DNA of 64,000 nucleotides from Octopus sinensis (GCF_006345805.1 NC_042999.1:9238001-9302000), one strand, 5' to 3'; counted from the stretch's first letter, positions 39,531-53,907 are shown. The notes: a model not told the origin generated them from the sequence alone. Translations and numbers: made by a program.

Positions 39531-40801
39531 TATGGCTAATAATTTTCAAAAACGCCGCTGGGTTGAAAATGAAATTACTGCAATGATTAACGCTTCGTTC
39601 ATCCATCACAACGAAGCTAATGTTTATAGCAAAATAACTGAGGATTTAACGAAAAAATCCTTTCACAGATCTGTAAAACAGATAGAAAATAAATTAAAAG
39701 AAATTGTTAGGATATTCCCTATTTTTCACGCGCACATGGCTACACTAAAAGCCATTCTTGCCAACGAATCCAGTACAACAAATGACCAAATTCCAACAGG
39801 TCAGGGGTCACTTCAACAGCAACAATCAACTGACCTACTTCCATTGACAACAGCACCTGATGAACCAAGTCAAGTCTCGCCTTCGCTACAGCAACAAAAA
39901 CAACAACAACAACACTCTAATACTACCACTAGTCAAGTTCCAATGCTGCTACAACTCCCCACTACTGCCACAATAGGAAAATCACTACTACATCCGCGTA
40001 AAACCATCTGCCACTACTACTCTCAAGGCAGCTGCAGATTTGACCACATACTGGCAAGCCAGAACCCACCATCACAAAATCAACAAGCTGCTTCTAACAC
40101 CACCACCACCACCACTACTACTACTGCCAAAATAGAAAAACCACTACTACAACCAAATAAAACCCCCTGCCGTTACTATTCTAAAGGCACTTGTAGATTT
40201 GGCCCCAGCGGCACAAACAAAAATGGACGCTGTGCTTTTCCCCACCCGACCTTATGTCGTAGACTTGCTATGGGCACCTGTCCATACGGTATAACAGGAA
40301 AAAATTGCCCCCACCTCCACCCCAAATACTGTCCTAAATACAGAATCTATGGTTCTGACCCTAATATACGGATGCATAAGAGGCAATGGATGCACCTTAT
40401 TCCATCCTAAACTATGCCAAACTTCTGTCTCACAAAGGATGTGCCTGAACCCAGAATGCAACAACCACCATCTGAAGGGCACAAAACGATCACAGAATAG
40501 ATATGAACAGGAACAGAGGAAATCTAGGACAACAACAAGAACAAAATACAACCACGTTTCCCCTCCTACAATCAAACTACGTAGACAGAACCAGGAAAAA
40601 ACACCAAATAACGCCAACTTGAAATATGTATCCTCTGACCAAGTGGCAAACCAAACAAGTAACTCTTTTTTACTGACATACCTGGAAAATATGAAGGCCG
40701 ACCTAAGCCAGGAGATCCAGCGAGCCATCACCAACCATCTATGCAAATCACAAGGACCACTCACCCATTACCAACTTCCCTTACCTCGACATTCCTGTTA
40801 A
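39531..40801 (+). pseudogene. LINE ORF1: Myb/trihelix-like domain plus tandem CCCH zinc fingers (one frameshift near 40360)
   Basis: RRWVENEITAMIN...HRSVKQIENKLKEI, four C-x7/13-C-x4/12-C-x3-H fingers plus one degenerate finger, spread over track ORFs 39463-40410 and 40349-40801. Confidence 0.7.
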
Positions 40802-43737
40802 ATGTACGTGGCATCAACCCATCAATTATTGCCCAAAAATGGAAGATCCCATTATAGAGAGTTGGCTTGCCGAAATGGCACATTGCTTCCCTTTCTTTAT
40901 CCTTACCGAGACTCACCTGAACAACACCCATATGGACGCAGAGGTGAAAATAAAAGATTTCACCATTGTTCGTACGGATCGCACAGACCGAAATAAGGGA
41001 GGGACAGCCATCTTTATCCATGACTCCTTTTCACTTGATGCCAAGAACATTTTCCAATGGCTACTGTGAATCGGTATCAGTACAACAAAGCCAAGGACAT
41101 AACCATTGTTGGTCTTTACAGGCCTCCCCAGGCACCTCTAAAGTACTTTGAAGAGTGCCTTAGCAAAGTCAAGTCCTTCCTTCGGAAGTACCACTCCGGA
41201 AAAATAATAGTGATGGGTGATTTTAACCTCCCTCATGTGAACTGGCCCACAAATACTCCGAAGTTAGGCAGGTGCTCTACATCAGATAGGGCAGCAGCAG
41301 AACTGCTCTTTAATCTGATGGATGAGTATTCCTGACTCAGCTAGTGCTTGACAACCAACGAGACAGAATAAAACGATCTTGGATCTGGTACTGACCAATC
41401 ACTCTAGCTACGTTCACAGCATTTCAGTCGAAAAAACTCTCCTCTCAGACCACGACATGGTACTCTGCAATCTTAATCCCGACGTATAAAAACCAAACCA
41501 GCCAATCCCACTCCATGGCACCCATTTGACAACATAAATTTCCACAAAGCGGACTGGGGAACAATCAGAAAGGATCTGTCTTCCATCGACTGGTCTTTTA
41601 CTCTCAATTCCCCTCATATTGAGACCGCGTGGCAGCACTTTGAAACCATTGTCACCGACACATGCTCTAAACACGCTCCCAAGAAATCTACTAACACAAA
41701 CAGAAACCGGCTCCCTAAAAAGAAAAAAACACATCAGGCGCATCAAAAGACTCAACAAAAAAAAATCAACCAATTAAAATATTCCCACACGCAACATCCA
41801 CATTCAACAACAATGAAAAGACTAGAGCTGGAAAAACTTCATCTGCAGACTAACATGAAAACCTCCATTGAAAATCAAAGAGCTGTGGAGGAACAATGGG
41901 TAATCAAAAACATCAAACAGAACCCAAAAGTGTTCTATTCTTATGCAAATAAGCATAGAACCACTGTCTCACCTATTGGGCCATTGATTGATGAAAACGG
42001 CATTCCCCAACACGATGCTAAAGAAATGGCAGAAATACTGCAGAAACAATATTGCTCTGTCTTCAGTGTTCCCACTGATATTGATGTGAGGGAAACGAAC
42101 GAAGCTGACTCCCAACACAAAATCGCAGACATAACCTTCACTGCCACCGACATCGTAGTAGCAATAAATGAGGTACAAACTACTCCGCTGTAGGCCCTGA
42201 TAGATTTCCCGCCAGTCCTGAAGGAATGTAGATATCAACTTGCAGTCCCTCTGACCAACCTCTGGAGAAACTCGTTAGACGCAGGTTATATACCGAAAAA
42301 GTTTCTATCCCAGTCGGTCATCCCGGTTTTCAAACAGGGAAACAGATCCCTCGCAGTCAACTATCGCCCAATCTCACTCACCTCCCACATCATTAAAGTG
42401 TTTGAAAGAGTGTTAAGATCAAGGATAGCTGACTTCCTGGAGACCCACAAACTCCTAAATTCAAATCAACATGGCTTTCGCTGTGGCAGGGACTGTCTAA
42501 CACAGCTCTTACACCACATTGAAGATATACTCAAAGCCTTGGGAACAGGTTCGAACTCTGACGTCATATACCTTGACTTCAGTAAAGCGTTCGACAGGGT
42601 AGACCATAACATCCTACTCTCAAAATTGGCAAATGTTGGAATCCGTGGAAAAGTTCTACACTGGATTCAGTATTTCCTAGCGAATAGAACAAACATGTTG
42701 TAGTTGATGGAGTCCACTCAAACCCAGCAAAAGTCACCAGCGGTGTTCCCCAGGGAACTGTTTTGGGTCCGCTACTCTTCATAATTTATGTAAACGACCT
42801 TTCCAGTGTCGTACATCACTGCAAAGTGAAAATATTCGCTGATGACACTAAGCTCCAGCAAATCGTCAATGAAGAAGCAGACCGAACTCAACTCCAGTCT
42901 GACCTATATGCTGTGAGTCAATGGGCAGACAGAAACAAAATGCAACTGAATGAGGGAAAATTTGAGCTGATGCATTTTGGAAGAAATTCCTCACTAAAAC
43001 AACCATACTCTCTTCCTTCAGGGGAACCGCTCACAGCCTCTAAATATCAGAGACCTGGTGTAATTGTTGATGACGATCTCAGTTGGAGTGCACACATCAA
43101 CAAGAAGGTCGATACAGCTCGTAGGATGAGTTCCTGGATCTTAAGAACTTTCCGGTCCAGAGAACAAGGTGTCATCATACCACTTTTTTCATCCTTTGTA
43201 CGGCCACACCTTGAATACTGCTGCCCACTGTGGTCTCCTCACACAAGACAAAACATCTCCAGAATTGAGTCACCCCAGAGGGCTCTTACTAAACAAATTG
43301 AAGGCATGGCTGCTCTCGACTATTGGGATCGCCTTAAAGCCTTGAAACTTTACTCCCTCCAGCGTCGCCGTGAGCGGTACATCATTTGTACGATGTGGAA
43401 AATATACCGCCAACTTTGCCCAAACGACCTAAACATTAGCTTCAAGGTTCATCCGAGACTTGGACCACGGGCTATACGTCCCCTGCCAAATTCAAGATCA
43501 CAACATACATGTACACTGCAACATAATTTCTTTTCCTCAACAGGCCCTGCCCTATTTAACATTGTCCCGAGGGAGATCAAAGAGGAAAAGGATCCCATCA
43601 ACTTCAAACAGAGTCTGGATAGATTCCTTCAAAGAATACCAGACAAGCCACCCATAATTGGATACAACTCACCCAACAAGAACTCACTACTTGAACAAAA
43701 CTGGATACAACTCACCCAACAAGAACTCACTACTTGA
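40790..43737 (+). pseudogene. LINE ORF2 (APE endonuclease + RT), multiply disrupted
   Basis: Track ORFs 40839-41069, 41057-41335, 41813-42193, 42398-42703 and 42763-43737 are consecutive pieces. Confidence 0.88.
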
Positions 43738-43744
43738 ACAAAAC
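43659..43744 (+). repeat. 43-bp perfect tandem duplication at the ORF2 end
   Basis: TGGATACAACTCACCCAACAAGAACTCACTACTTGAACAAAAC x2. Confidence 0.9.
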
Positions 43745-44450
43745 TTGACTTAAACAGGATTCGAATAATCCTATCAGGTGGTGCTATTAAGTTAGACATG
43801 GCCTGGACCAATCTCTGGTCGAAACATATCTAAGTTTCTAAGTTTCTATATATATATATAATAATAATAATAAATATTAGCGAATAAATCCAAATTTACA
43901 GGGAAAAAAATCAGATTTAGGATTAAATCCAATTTTATAGTTGTGTGGTAAATTGCTCTGCTTTTATTACTCACAAATGCATTCAGACAGAAGTAAAAAT
44001 TATAATACTGTGATATCGGTAGTAAATCATTTTATCAAAATAGTCATTTAACTAAATTCAAATGTATCCAATCCAAAGAAAATCTATACCACATTGATAT
44101 CTGTGGCAAATCACTTTCTTTATGAAATCACTCATTTACTTAGAAATGTACACACTGTGAAGTCGATGACAAATGAACAGAGATATCAGCATTCTAATGT
44201 GGCCAAGGACATGACAGCCTCTGTAGTGCTGGCTCTACACCAAACTACATTCAGTACACTTTCAAAGAGACAGTGGTAAGTAAGGAAGCTGGCTATGAAA
44301 AGCCTTCCACAAAATGGAGCATAGAATTCAAATGTTTTTCCTCGTCTATGAAACATGGAATAGAGCTTAATTTCAATTTTTTTCGTTTTTCTTTTCTGGT
44401 ATTAAAAATTCTTTGATTTGCAAAATAGTGGTTTTGTCTCGAATTAATAT

Positions 44451-44512
<62 letters not shown>

Positions 44513-44746
44513 CACACACACATACATGTAAGAAATGACTGTGGCCAAGGCTGGGTGGTGTGCATTTGATTATAAATAAATTTAAAAAATACACATTGTG
44601 TAGAGGACATCATCAACGAGTGAAAAATATACGGTTGAACCACTTGAAAAGTACAGGTTCATATCATAAGGGCAGCAGGGAATTAGTATCTTGCTCTCGG
44701 TTTCTGGCTAATGTTTACAGTCCACAAGGATAAATGCTAGCAAAAG

Positions 44747-44779
<33 letters not shown>

Positions 44780-45179
44780 CACACACACACATGCACTGAT
44801 ACATACATAGATACATGTTTGTGTGTGTAAAACATACAATTATGTATAATCCTAGTTGCCTGTGGATATGAAGTCTACGGCTTACTGGTTGAGAACACGA
44901 AATTCGAATAACTTTGATGCGAGTTGCCAGCGGCAACAAGAATCAACAACTCTCGCCTTCGGCATTCTATTACTGTTTTCAACTTCTCGCCTCTACACGC
45001 ATACACTACCAACAAGTGCGCACACACACACACGCAAACAAATATGCGCACACACACTTGCATAATTTCCTCTCCGGCAGAACCATTGAATATGGATTTA
45101 GAAGGATTATCTTTACAAACTAAGCAGCAAAACTGATCATATGAAAAATATATAAAAACGATGAAAATTACACACAATC

Positions 45180-45665
45180 ATGTCGTTAATGAACCATACA
45201 TACTTACATTCATACATTAACGCATACACATATACATACATACACAAACACATGCGCACACATATACATACATGCAGACATGCTCACACACATGTACATG
45301 CATACATTTATATATACATATATATACGCACATTACATATACACATATTATATATACACATATATATATACGTATTATATATACATATACATATTATATA
45401 CATAGATATACATATTATACATATATACATATTATATATATACATATATATATACATATATATATATATACATATTATTTCTATATATATATATATTATT
45501 TCTATATATAGAGAGATACATATATATATATATACATATTAGTTCTATATACTACATATATATATATTATTTATATATATATATATACATATAATGTAAA
45601 TACATGCATACAACATATTCATATATATATATATATATATATATTATATACACATGCATACAATA

Positions 45666-45718
<53 letters not shown>

Positions 45719-46372
45719 CACATACATACAATATATATTATATATATATTATATATACACATACATACATATATTTATATATACGCATACTTACATACAT
45801 GTATATACATATATCATTTGTTTTACAAGTATTAACGACTGAGGTGTTTATAAAGTTTTAAACGCGATGAAGATTCGGTTAAGATTCTTTTTATTGCAAT
45901 CTTGGAATCATATAAATGGAAGGGTTTTAATAGAAACTGTATATAAAGAATGGAGTAGTGCCCAGCATCAGCAACAACAACAGCAGCAACAATGGTTTAT
46001 TCCATGAACGCAAGGCATGTCCTTGAATTCATGAGGGAGTAAATACTAATAAACAAATAGAAATGGTAAATACAGGAATTTTTTTTTCTTTTTCGGTGAG
46101 GAATTTTAGCTTGATGAAATGCATCTCCATTGGGGAAGAGAAAATGTGCAACATTTAATAATAAGAATATATATTTCTTATACACACACACATATATATA
46201 TATATATACATAATGTTTAATATGTAAAATTTACAATGCTTCATATTTATATATATATTTATACTTTATGTATATGTATATATGTATGTATGTATGTGTA
46301 TGTATATATGTATGTATGTGTATGTATGTATATATGTATGTATGTGTATATATATATATGTATATATCTATG

Positions 46373-46403
<31 letters not shown>

Positions 46404-46534
46404 GTTTCTATATATGTATGTTTATATATATATGTATATATGTATGTTTATATATATATATGTATATATGTATGTTTATATATATATATATATATATATA
46501 TGTTTATATGTATGTATGTATATATGTATGTATG

Positions 46535-46566
<32 letters not shown>

Positions 46567-47085
46567 TGTTTATATATATATATGTATATATGTATGTTTA
46601 TATATATATATGTATATATGTATGTATGTGTATATATGTATATGTATGTATATATATGTATATTTATATATCTATGTGTATATATATGTATGTATGTGTA
46701 TATATGTATATGTATGTATATATATATATGTATATATCTATGTGTATATATATATATATATGTATGTGTATATAAATAAATATGTATGTGTATATATGTA
46801 TATATGCATGTGTATATATATGTATATATGCATGTGTGCGTATATATGTATATATGCATGGGTGTGTATATATGTATATATGTATGTATATGTATATATA
46901 TATGTATGTGTATGTATATATATATATGTGGTGTATATATGTATATATATATGTATGTGTATATATATATATGTATATATATATATATGTATGTGTATAT
47001 ATATATATATGTATGTATATATGTATGTATATATATGTATATATGTATGTGTATATATACATATATGTATATATATATGTATGTG

Positions 47086-47129
<44 letters not shown>

Positions 47130-47270
47130 TATATGTATATATGTATGTATATATGTATATGTATATATGTATATATGTATATGTATATATGTATGTATAT
47201 ATGTCTATATACATATGTATATGTATATATGTATGTGTGTAAATATATATATATGTGTGTGTATATAAAC
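45180..47270. repeat. Two long compound (TA/CA) and (TA/TG) microsatellite fields
   Basis: Direct reading: about 45180-45830 and 46240-47270. Confidence 0.95.
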
Positions 47271-48299
47271 GAATGATGAAAGTTAATTTAATTATTTTTT
47301 AAATTCCTTTTCTCGACGGCCAGAATATTTATTTCTGTGTGTTTACTTTGCAATTACCATAGTTACTACTTAACGAATCTGAGGTCATTCTGCCCTTCGT
47401 TCAAGTTTCCTTGAAGAAACAAATATATTCTCCTTTATTTGGCCAAGTAAAAATAATACGAGTGATAAGCAAATATTTTTCTTTTACTGCATATCTGATC
47501 TGACATCGGCTTTTTTCATTTATTTACGCAATTTTACATAAAATAAAAAAAAAGCAGAAAAAGTGATAACGGAAATGAGAAATAAACTACCAATCAGAAC
47601 ATACATTTAGACGAGCAGAGATCCTATGGAGTCAAGGTATGATAAAGCTGGAAAGATAATAAATAGTTACGACCGAGGGAACAGCAGAAAACTGTTATCA
47701 CTTTCCAATGTTTATTATACGATATGCATATCACTATTTTATTTCCTACGTTTACAATGTTTTTCTCAGAGGATAAGTCCTGACAAGGCTGATATCAGGA
47801 AATGTCTAAGACATCACAGGTGAGCATGGGATTGATGTATCGAAACAAATTACTACACCAAATGGAAACAGACAGTTTTTGAGATTATTCCATTCTTGCT
47901 GTTTACTAAAATATAGATTTGATGTAGTTTTGGGGCAAAACTAAATAGAAGTTGGGAGAATAAAGGTGTTGCAATTTGGAAAAAGTTTTAGATAAAGTTA
48001 TCCTAAACAGGGTTCTGTTTCTACAAGGAGGTTCTAACCTCAGGAAGCTCCTGTAGAAGACAACCGCTGAGTTCAGAGTCTGGTAAAAAGATTTATTTTG
48101 GGGTTGAAGCAGGTCAAAGAGATTTCTGACGTTAAAGTCACAAACAAAACAATTCTCGTCATTCGTTTTAAAAAGGAACTTACTTTCTGTTTCAGGTTAC
48201 AATCATTAGTTAAATATATTTAATTTCCGTATTGAAGAGACACATACATATATGTATACATAAAAAGTAAAAGTATATACACAAACAGATCTATATATA

Positions 48300-48590
48300 T
48301 CTCTTATTATAAAAGGCAGATTTTATCTGCCTCCCTTTGGGAGTTATACAAATCTACAATATAGGATTTCTTCAATTACAATTTACCTACCTATTTTTAA
48401 GAGTACAATGCATCGCGTCATGCCAGGTCCAGTTTTTAAAATTTAAACTCCAATTAAGCAAAATTTACAGAAAACTCACATTCTGGTGTGTGTGTCAAAT
48501 GCTTTTCTTAGTCTGGTTTACACCACACGCAAACGCACACACACAGTGGGCAACGAATAAAGTGAAACTAGATGTAATATTTGTTTCTCT
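48300..48590 (+). mobile_element. Possible Helitron/Helentron-like non-autonomous element
   Basis: Begins TCTCTTATTATAAAA, has a subterminal palindrome GGCAGA-TTTTA-TCTGCC, and a CTAG near 48587. No clear 3' hairpin. Confidence 0.3.
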
Positions 48591-48786
48591 CTATCACGCT
48601 GATAGATACATGAGTAAAATGTATGGGAAGCTAACACATAAGTGTGAGTGAAAATGTTCTTGGAAGAGAGTAAATAGCCAGAGATAGTGATTTGAGGAAG
48701 ACTTTACATTAAATAACCTTGTGTTAGTAATAAAGTAAACATACACTCATACATACATACATACATACATACATACATACATACAT

Positions 48787-48817
<31 letters not shown>

Positions 48818-48880
48818 TACATACATACACACACACATACATACATACACACATACATACATACATACATATACATACAT

Positions 48881-48911
<31 letters not shown>

Positions 48912-49149
48912 TACACACACACACACACAGTATTGAAGCTTGAGAACAATCAGATACATTTGCAACACATCTGTTGAAAATATTATTGTTCACACACATA
49001 CATATACATATATACATACAGACAGACAGACAGATAGACACACACACACACACACATGATCCAGCATGGCCACAACCTCAAGGCTGAAACATATAAAAGA
49101 ATAACAGAATATAAATGTGTGCATGTGTGTGAGAGAGAGAGTGTGTGTG

Positions 49150-49181
<32 letters not shown>

Positions 49182-49379
49182 TGTATGTATGTATGTATGT
49201 ATGTATATATAATAATGCGGTTTTTTCAACAGCTTGAACTAAAAGTCAGAGGGGAATGGGATAAACTACTTATATTAACTTGCTATAAAAGCAGGTAGTA
49301 ATTTTATCTTGTCCTTATTCATAGTGCAAGTTTTGAAGAGTGCATTTCGATTTTAACAGCTATTTTTTTCAAAGCTATA

Positions 49380-49640
49380 TTGGAACAGCCTAGAAGACGA
49401 GCCTCATCCTGAAAGATCTGTAGAAATCGACAAGGACATCCTGAAAACCCTGGTGGAACAAAATCTCATCGTAACTGTTGAGGAACTAGCAGAGAAGCTT
49501 GGATTTGGTCATTCAACCATTCATTGAGACCTGTGTGCTATCGGAAAAGTCAGCAAATTGGGTCAATGGGTTCCTCACGAACTTTCCGAGTCTAATTGTA
49601 TGCAGAGAGTGAATGTATGCTTTTCTTTGCTGTCACATCT
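49380..49640 (+). mobile_element. Mariner transposase fragment
   Basis: SLEDEPHPERSVEIDKDILKTLVEQ...EELAEKLGFGHSTIH...GKVSKLGQWVPHEL. Confidence 0.8.
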
Positions 49641-49662
49641 CACCACTACTGCGCTATGTATA

Positions 49663-50298
49663 TCTATATATATAAAACTGTAGTTGTGTGAGTGTCTGTC
49701 CCCTTCGATTTAGATTCCTAACTACTCCCACATTTTGCGGTGCAGTTTAACCAAATTCGGGTAGCTTATAGTCGTGATTCATATCGAGCCCGTCTGCGTA
49801 TTAGCGCGCGTCTACGATGAGTCTACGATTTTAAAAATAATTTAACATCATTTTTTATTCCATTTTAATGCATAATTTTTCGTGTGTCGATGGCGGCGGA
49901 GTTGGCGTCCACGCTCACACCTGCACCCGTGGGGAAGGGAGTGTAAGGAAATCAACGTCGTAATGCGTTGTCAAGGAGACCAGTGTTCTTTTAGAACAAC
50001 GACTTCATGGCTTGAAGACACCAAAACAGAAATGGCTAAGAAAGCGTCTACATGAGTCTACGATTTAAAAAAAAACTTACCATCGTTTTTTTTCCATTTT
50101 AATGCATTTTTTCGCTATTATATAAGGGAAGTAACTCTCTAAAAATGTCTACGATGAGTCAACGATTTTTCAAAAAATTTACCATCATATTTTTTCCATT
50201 TTAATGCATCTTTTGCTATTTTTTGGCTATAACTCTCTAAAAATGCTTATATAGTTATTTCCCTTACAAACCCGAGCAACGCCGGGTGATACTGCTAG
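49663..50298 (+). mobile_element. Non-autonomous Helitron
   Basis: 5' TCTATATATATAAAA, 3' hairpin CCCG-AGCAACGC-CGGG followed by CTAG. Inserted between A and T with no TSD. Confidence 0.85.
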
Positions 50299-50379
<81 letters not shown>

Positions 50380-50559
50380 TCAGATGAATATGGTACTTGA
50401 GTTTAATGGCACCAGAATTTGGTATGGTATTATCCATATCAGTCAAATGGGGGTGATTAATAATCAAAATGAGCAACATTGTAATACTTACATTGTTTAA
50501 TTAAATGAAGTGGCATGAAACGATTGTACTACTCTAACTTTGGATATATATATATATAA

Positions 50560-52410
50560 TCTTTTACTCGGGCAGCGCCTTGAATAATTTTAGTCGGATG
50601 AATCGACCCCAGTAATTACTTTGCTTTTAAGCCTCGTACTTATTGCCAAACTATTAAGTTATGGGGACGTAAACACTCCAACACCGGTTTGCAAGCGGTG
50701 ATGCCGGACAAAGACACACACGCAGGTCTCTCTCTCTCTATATATATATATATATACATACATACATTGCCGGGGCCATGTCTAATTCAATAACACCACC
50801 TGTAAGAGATACACAGTCAGCTCTTGAGCACCGTAGCCCATTTAAGCAGAGAGTTATTGTTTTCAGAGACATATCTGACTGTGGGTGATTTGTCTGGTAT
50901 TTGTTGGAAGTAATCATCTAGGGACCGTTTGAATGCCATGCAATCACTTTCGTCCTTTATGTGGGTTGGCACGATGTTGAAGAGAGCAGGACCAGTTGAG
51001 GTGAAATAGTTCTGTCGTAGTATTGTGATACTACACGAACATGATTTCTGTAGTGGACAAATAGCACTTTGGATAACAGCTAACAGATCAGATTCAAGAT
51101 TTGTCTGGTCTTCAACCCTGTCAACAATCTTCAGTAACTTAGTCATCCGCAAAAATATGCATGCTACTGTGTTTGATGACGTCAGTGATGTCGTTAATAT
51201 AAATTATGAAAAGGAGCGGGCCCAATACAGTGCCTTGTGGGACTCCACTTATAACCCTGGCTGAGATCGATCGGAAATCATTAATCGCCACACGTTGAGC
51301 TTTGTTCATCAGAAAATATTTAATCCAAGTCAACAGTTTTCCTCGGACTCCAATGTTGAAGAGTTTCTTTAACAGGATGCAATGATCAACCCAGTCAAAG
51401 GTTTTGCTGAAGTCAAGGTAGGTGACATCTGCATCGGTGCTGTCTCCCATGGCCATTAAGATGTCATTGAAATGATGTAAGATCTGTGTTAAGCAGTTCC
51501 TTTCATTGTGGAAGCCATGCTGGTTGGGAATAATCAGGCTGTTTGATTCCAAGTAGCGAATGAGTCGAGATCTCACCACTCTCAAATAATTTGATGATAT
51601 GAGAGGAAAGTGAGATCGGTCGGTTGTTCCGGGCGAGTGATTTTTTGCCTTTCTTGAAAACTGGGGTAATCGCCTGGGAGAGGAAATATTCAGGGATATA
51701 GCTCGCATCCATTAATTTTCTCCAGAGAGAAGCTAAGGGGAGAGCTAACTGGAGTCAGTACTATTTCAGGACTCTATCGGGGGACCTATTTTGGCCTGCA
51801 TCTGATTTGTTCTTTATTTTGCTAATAGCTGCTATGATGCTCAAGACATCGAATGAGATGTCAGAAAGGGTCTGCTGTGGGGGTTTTGTTTTTATTTTCA
51901 TATATGTTGACCAGATTAACAATACCGGGATTGCTGAAAGAAGAGCAGTATTGTTTCTGCAGAACTTCTTCCATGTCTTCTGCAGTACTACGGAGAGTGT
52001 TGTCTTCGGCAATCAGAGATCCGACAGATGAGAGAGAGACCTTATGTTTTTTGGCGAAAGAGAAGAAAACTTTGGAGTTGCGTTTAATTTTCGCGATGGC
52101 CCCACTCCCCCCTCAGTTATTCTTTCATTGGTAATGACAAATTTCAAGCTGTTTTGGAGATTGCATTTCTTTGATTCCAGTAGGGGCTACGTCTGACAGA
52201 TGGAAGTGATGCAGCTGACAATATTTTAGCCGGTTGATATATACACACCACCGGCTTCTTTAAGTTCCCTCTACCAAATCAATCCACTGCTAAAGCTTTG
52301 GTGGGACTTGAGCTTATAGTAGAGAACGCTTGACCAAGGTGCCATGCAGTGGGACTGAACCTGGTACAATGTAGTTGAGAAGCAAGCTTCTATCCACACT
52401 GCCACACCTG
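50560..52410 (-). mobile_element. SINE family A split by a CR1-type LINE
   Basis: Tail half at about 50560-50725 and head half at about 52250-52410, same strand. Confidence 0.6.
50770..52200 (-). mobile_element. 5'-truncated, internally deleted CR1-type LINE related to the 39-43.8 kb element
   Basis: RT motifs YLDFSKTFD, GVPQGTVLGP and FADD. C-terminal NYFTSTGPALFNIVP and a 3'UTR CAGGTGGTG.TATT....TAGACATGGCC shared with the first copy. Confidence 0.85.
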
Positions 52411-52723
52411 TACTGATATACTCAGCGTTTATTGGTTAAGTGTTATTGCCCGTTGAACGAATGCGTTGTCTGAAAGCTTCTTACCACAAATCATATTGAG
52501 TTTCCAATCGTGACGTCATCAACCCAAACCCTAAACACTTTAATAGTATAATAGGGATTCCGTCTGAATAATTGCAATTAACCTGTCAATGTCATTAATT
52601 TACACATACCTTACTGGGTCAAGGTGCTATAAATACATTGGTTATGGTCGCCATAGAGGCATGATACTTAGATACAATGCGCCATTCTGTCAATCATTAA
52701 TCCAACAACATATCAATACAGAA

Positions 52724-52937
52724 GGGCGGCGAGCTGGCAGAATGGCTAGCACGCCGGGCAAAATGCGTAGCCGTATTTCGTCTGTCGTTACGTTCTGAGT
52801 TCAAATTCCGCCGAGGTCGACTTTGCCTTTCATCCCTTCGGTGCCGATAAATTAAGCACTAGTTGCATACTGGGGTGATCTAATCGACTGCCCCCCGCCC
52901 CAAATTTCAGGCCTTGTACCTAAAGTAAAAAAGAATA
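52724..52937 (+). mobile_element. SINE family B
   Basis: GGCGGCGAGCTGGCAGAA head and conserved core. Confidence 0.85.
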
Positions 52938-53825
52938 TATCAATATAGAATAACTTTTCAAAATCCACAAAATTAATGTCGAAGATGGTCTCTTGGTCAA
53001 ACTAGACATGAGATACCAAACGGTAAAAAAAAGAGACATATTTCTTAATATCTAAGACCAGAAGAATACCTATTATCGATAGAGAGTAACGCCCAACAGG
53101 TTTTTGTTAGAGATATTAATAGATATTTCGATTTACGTAGACTTCGGAATCCTTATCTTTACCATAACAATTTGATGCAATGATAAGAAACTATGGGAGT
53201 AAGCTTGGCATTTAGATTAATGGTATCGGATATACTTCCATCAGGCGAAAACATAACCTTTTCTGAACCAAGATTCCTTGTCATTTAGGTTCCGTAATTT
53301 CTTTGCTACAGGAAATGTTGTATTCGCAAACAGAAACAATACTCTGAAAGATTCGGGTTAACGAGATGTTACGTATCACATATGTGTTATAGTTTGGGGG
53401 TGAGTTATATGAAGATACGAGTGTTTACAACACTGTGATATTTAGAAGAGAGATTTCTAAGAATAAATGCAAAGTCAATGTGTCTTTGTGACACGTAGCT
53501 CAATGGCACTTTGACATAATACGATATTGCTGCACACACACACACACACGGTCACACACTTGCACACACAGGCTCAAACGCTTGCAAACACACATGCATA
53601 CACACAGGCTCACACGCTTGCACACACACATGCATACATACAGATATATATATAGACATTCAATGAAATCGCACAGAGGTTAACGTATAGGATGCAATCA
53701 CATAAAATATCCAATCAGTCGCTATATCGATGCTAACCAATGTCATTGGTTCTAAAATGGAATAAATAGAAGTTCTTCAAGCATCGATAAACTTTGGCTT
53801 ATTTTATTTTAGAACCAATGACATA

Positions 53826-53907
<82 letters not shown>

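Larger units (their letters stand above)
38961..43848 (+). mobile_element. Full-length decayed CR1-type LINE (ORF1 + APE-RT ORF2)
   Basis: APE motifs LTETHL, GLYRPP, MGDFNLPHVNW and SDH. RT motifs NYRPISLTS, QHGF, YLDFSKAFD, GVPQGTVLGP and FADDTK. 8-bp 3' tandem repeat (CTAAGTTT)2. (TA)n on both flanks. Confidence 0.9.

Noticed and set aside
47775-47815. GTC-CTGACAA-GGCTGATATCAG-GAAA hammerhead-like string
   Set aside because: G8 is lost, and stem I and stem III do not register.
49800-50220. CRISPR-like repeat-spacer pattern
   Set aside because: Three degenerate subrepeats inside a Helitron, with irregular spacing, in eukaryotic DNA with no cas genes.
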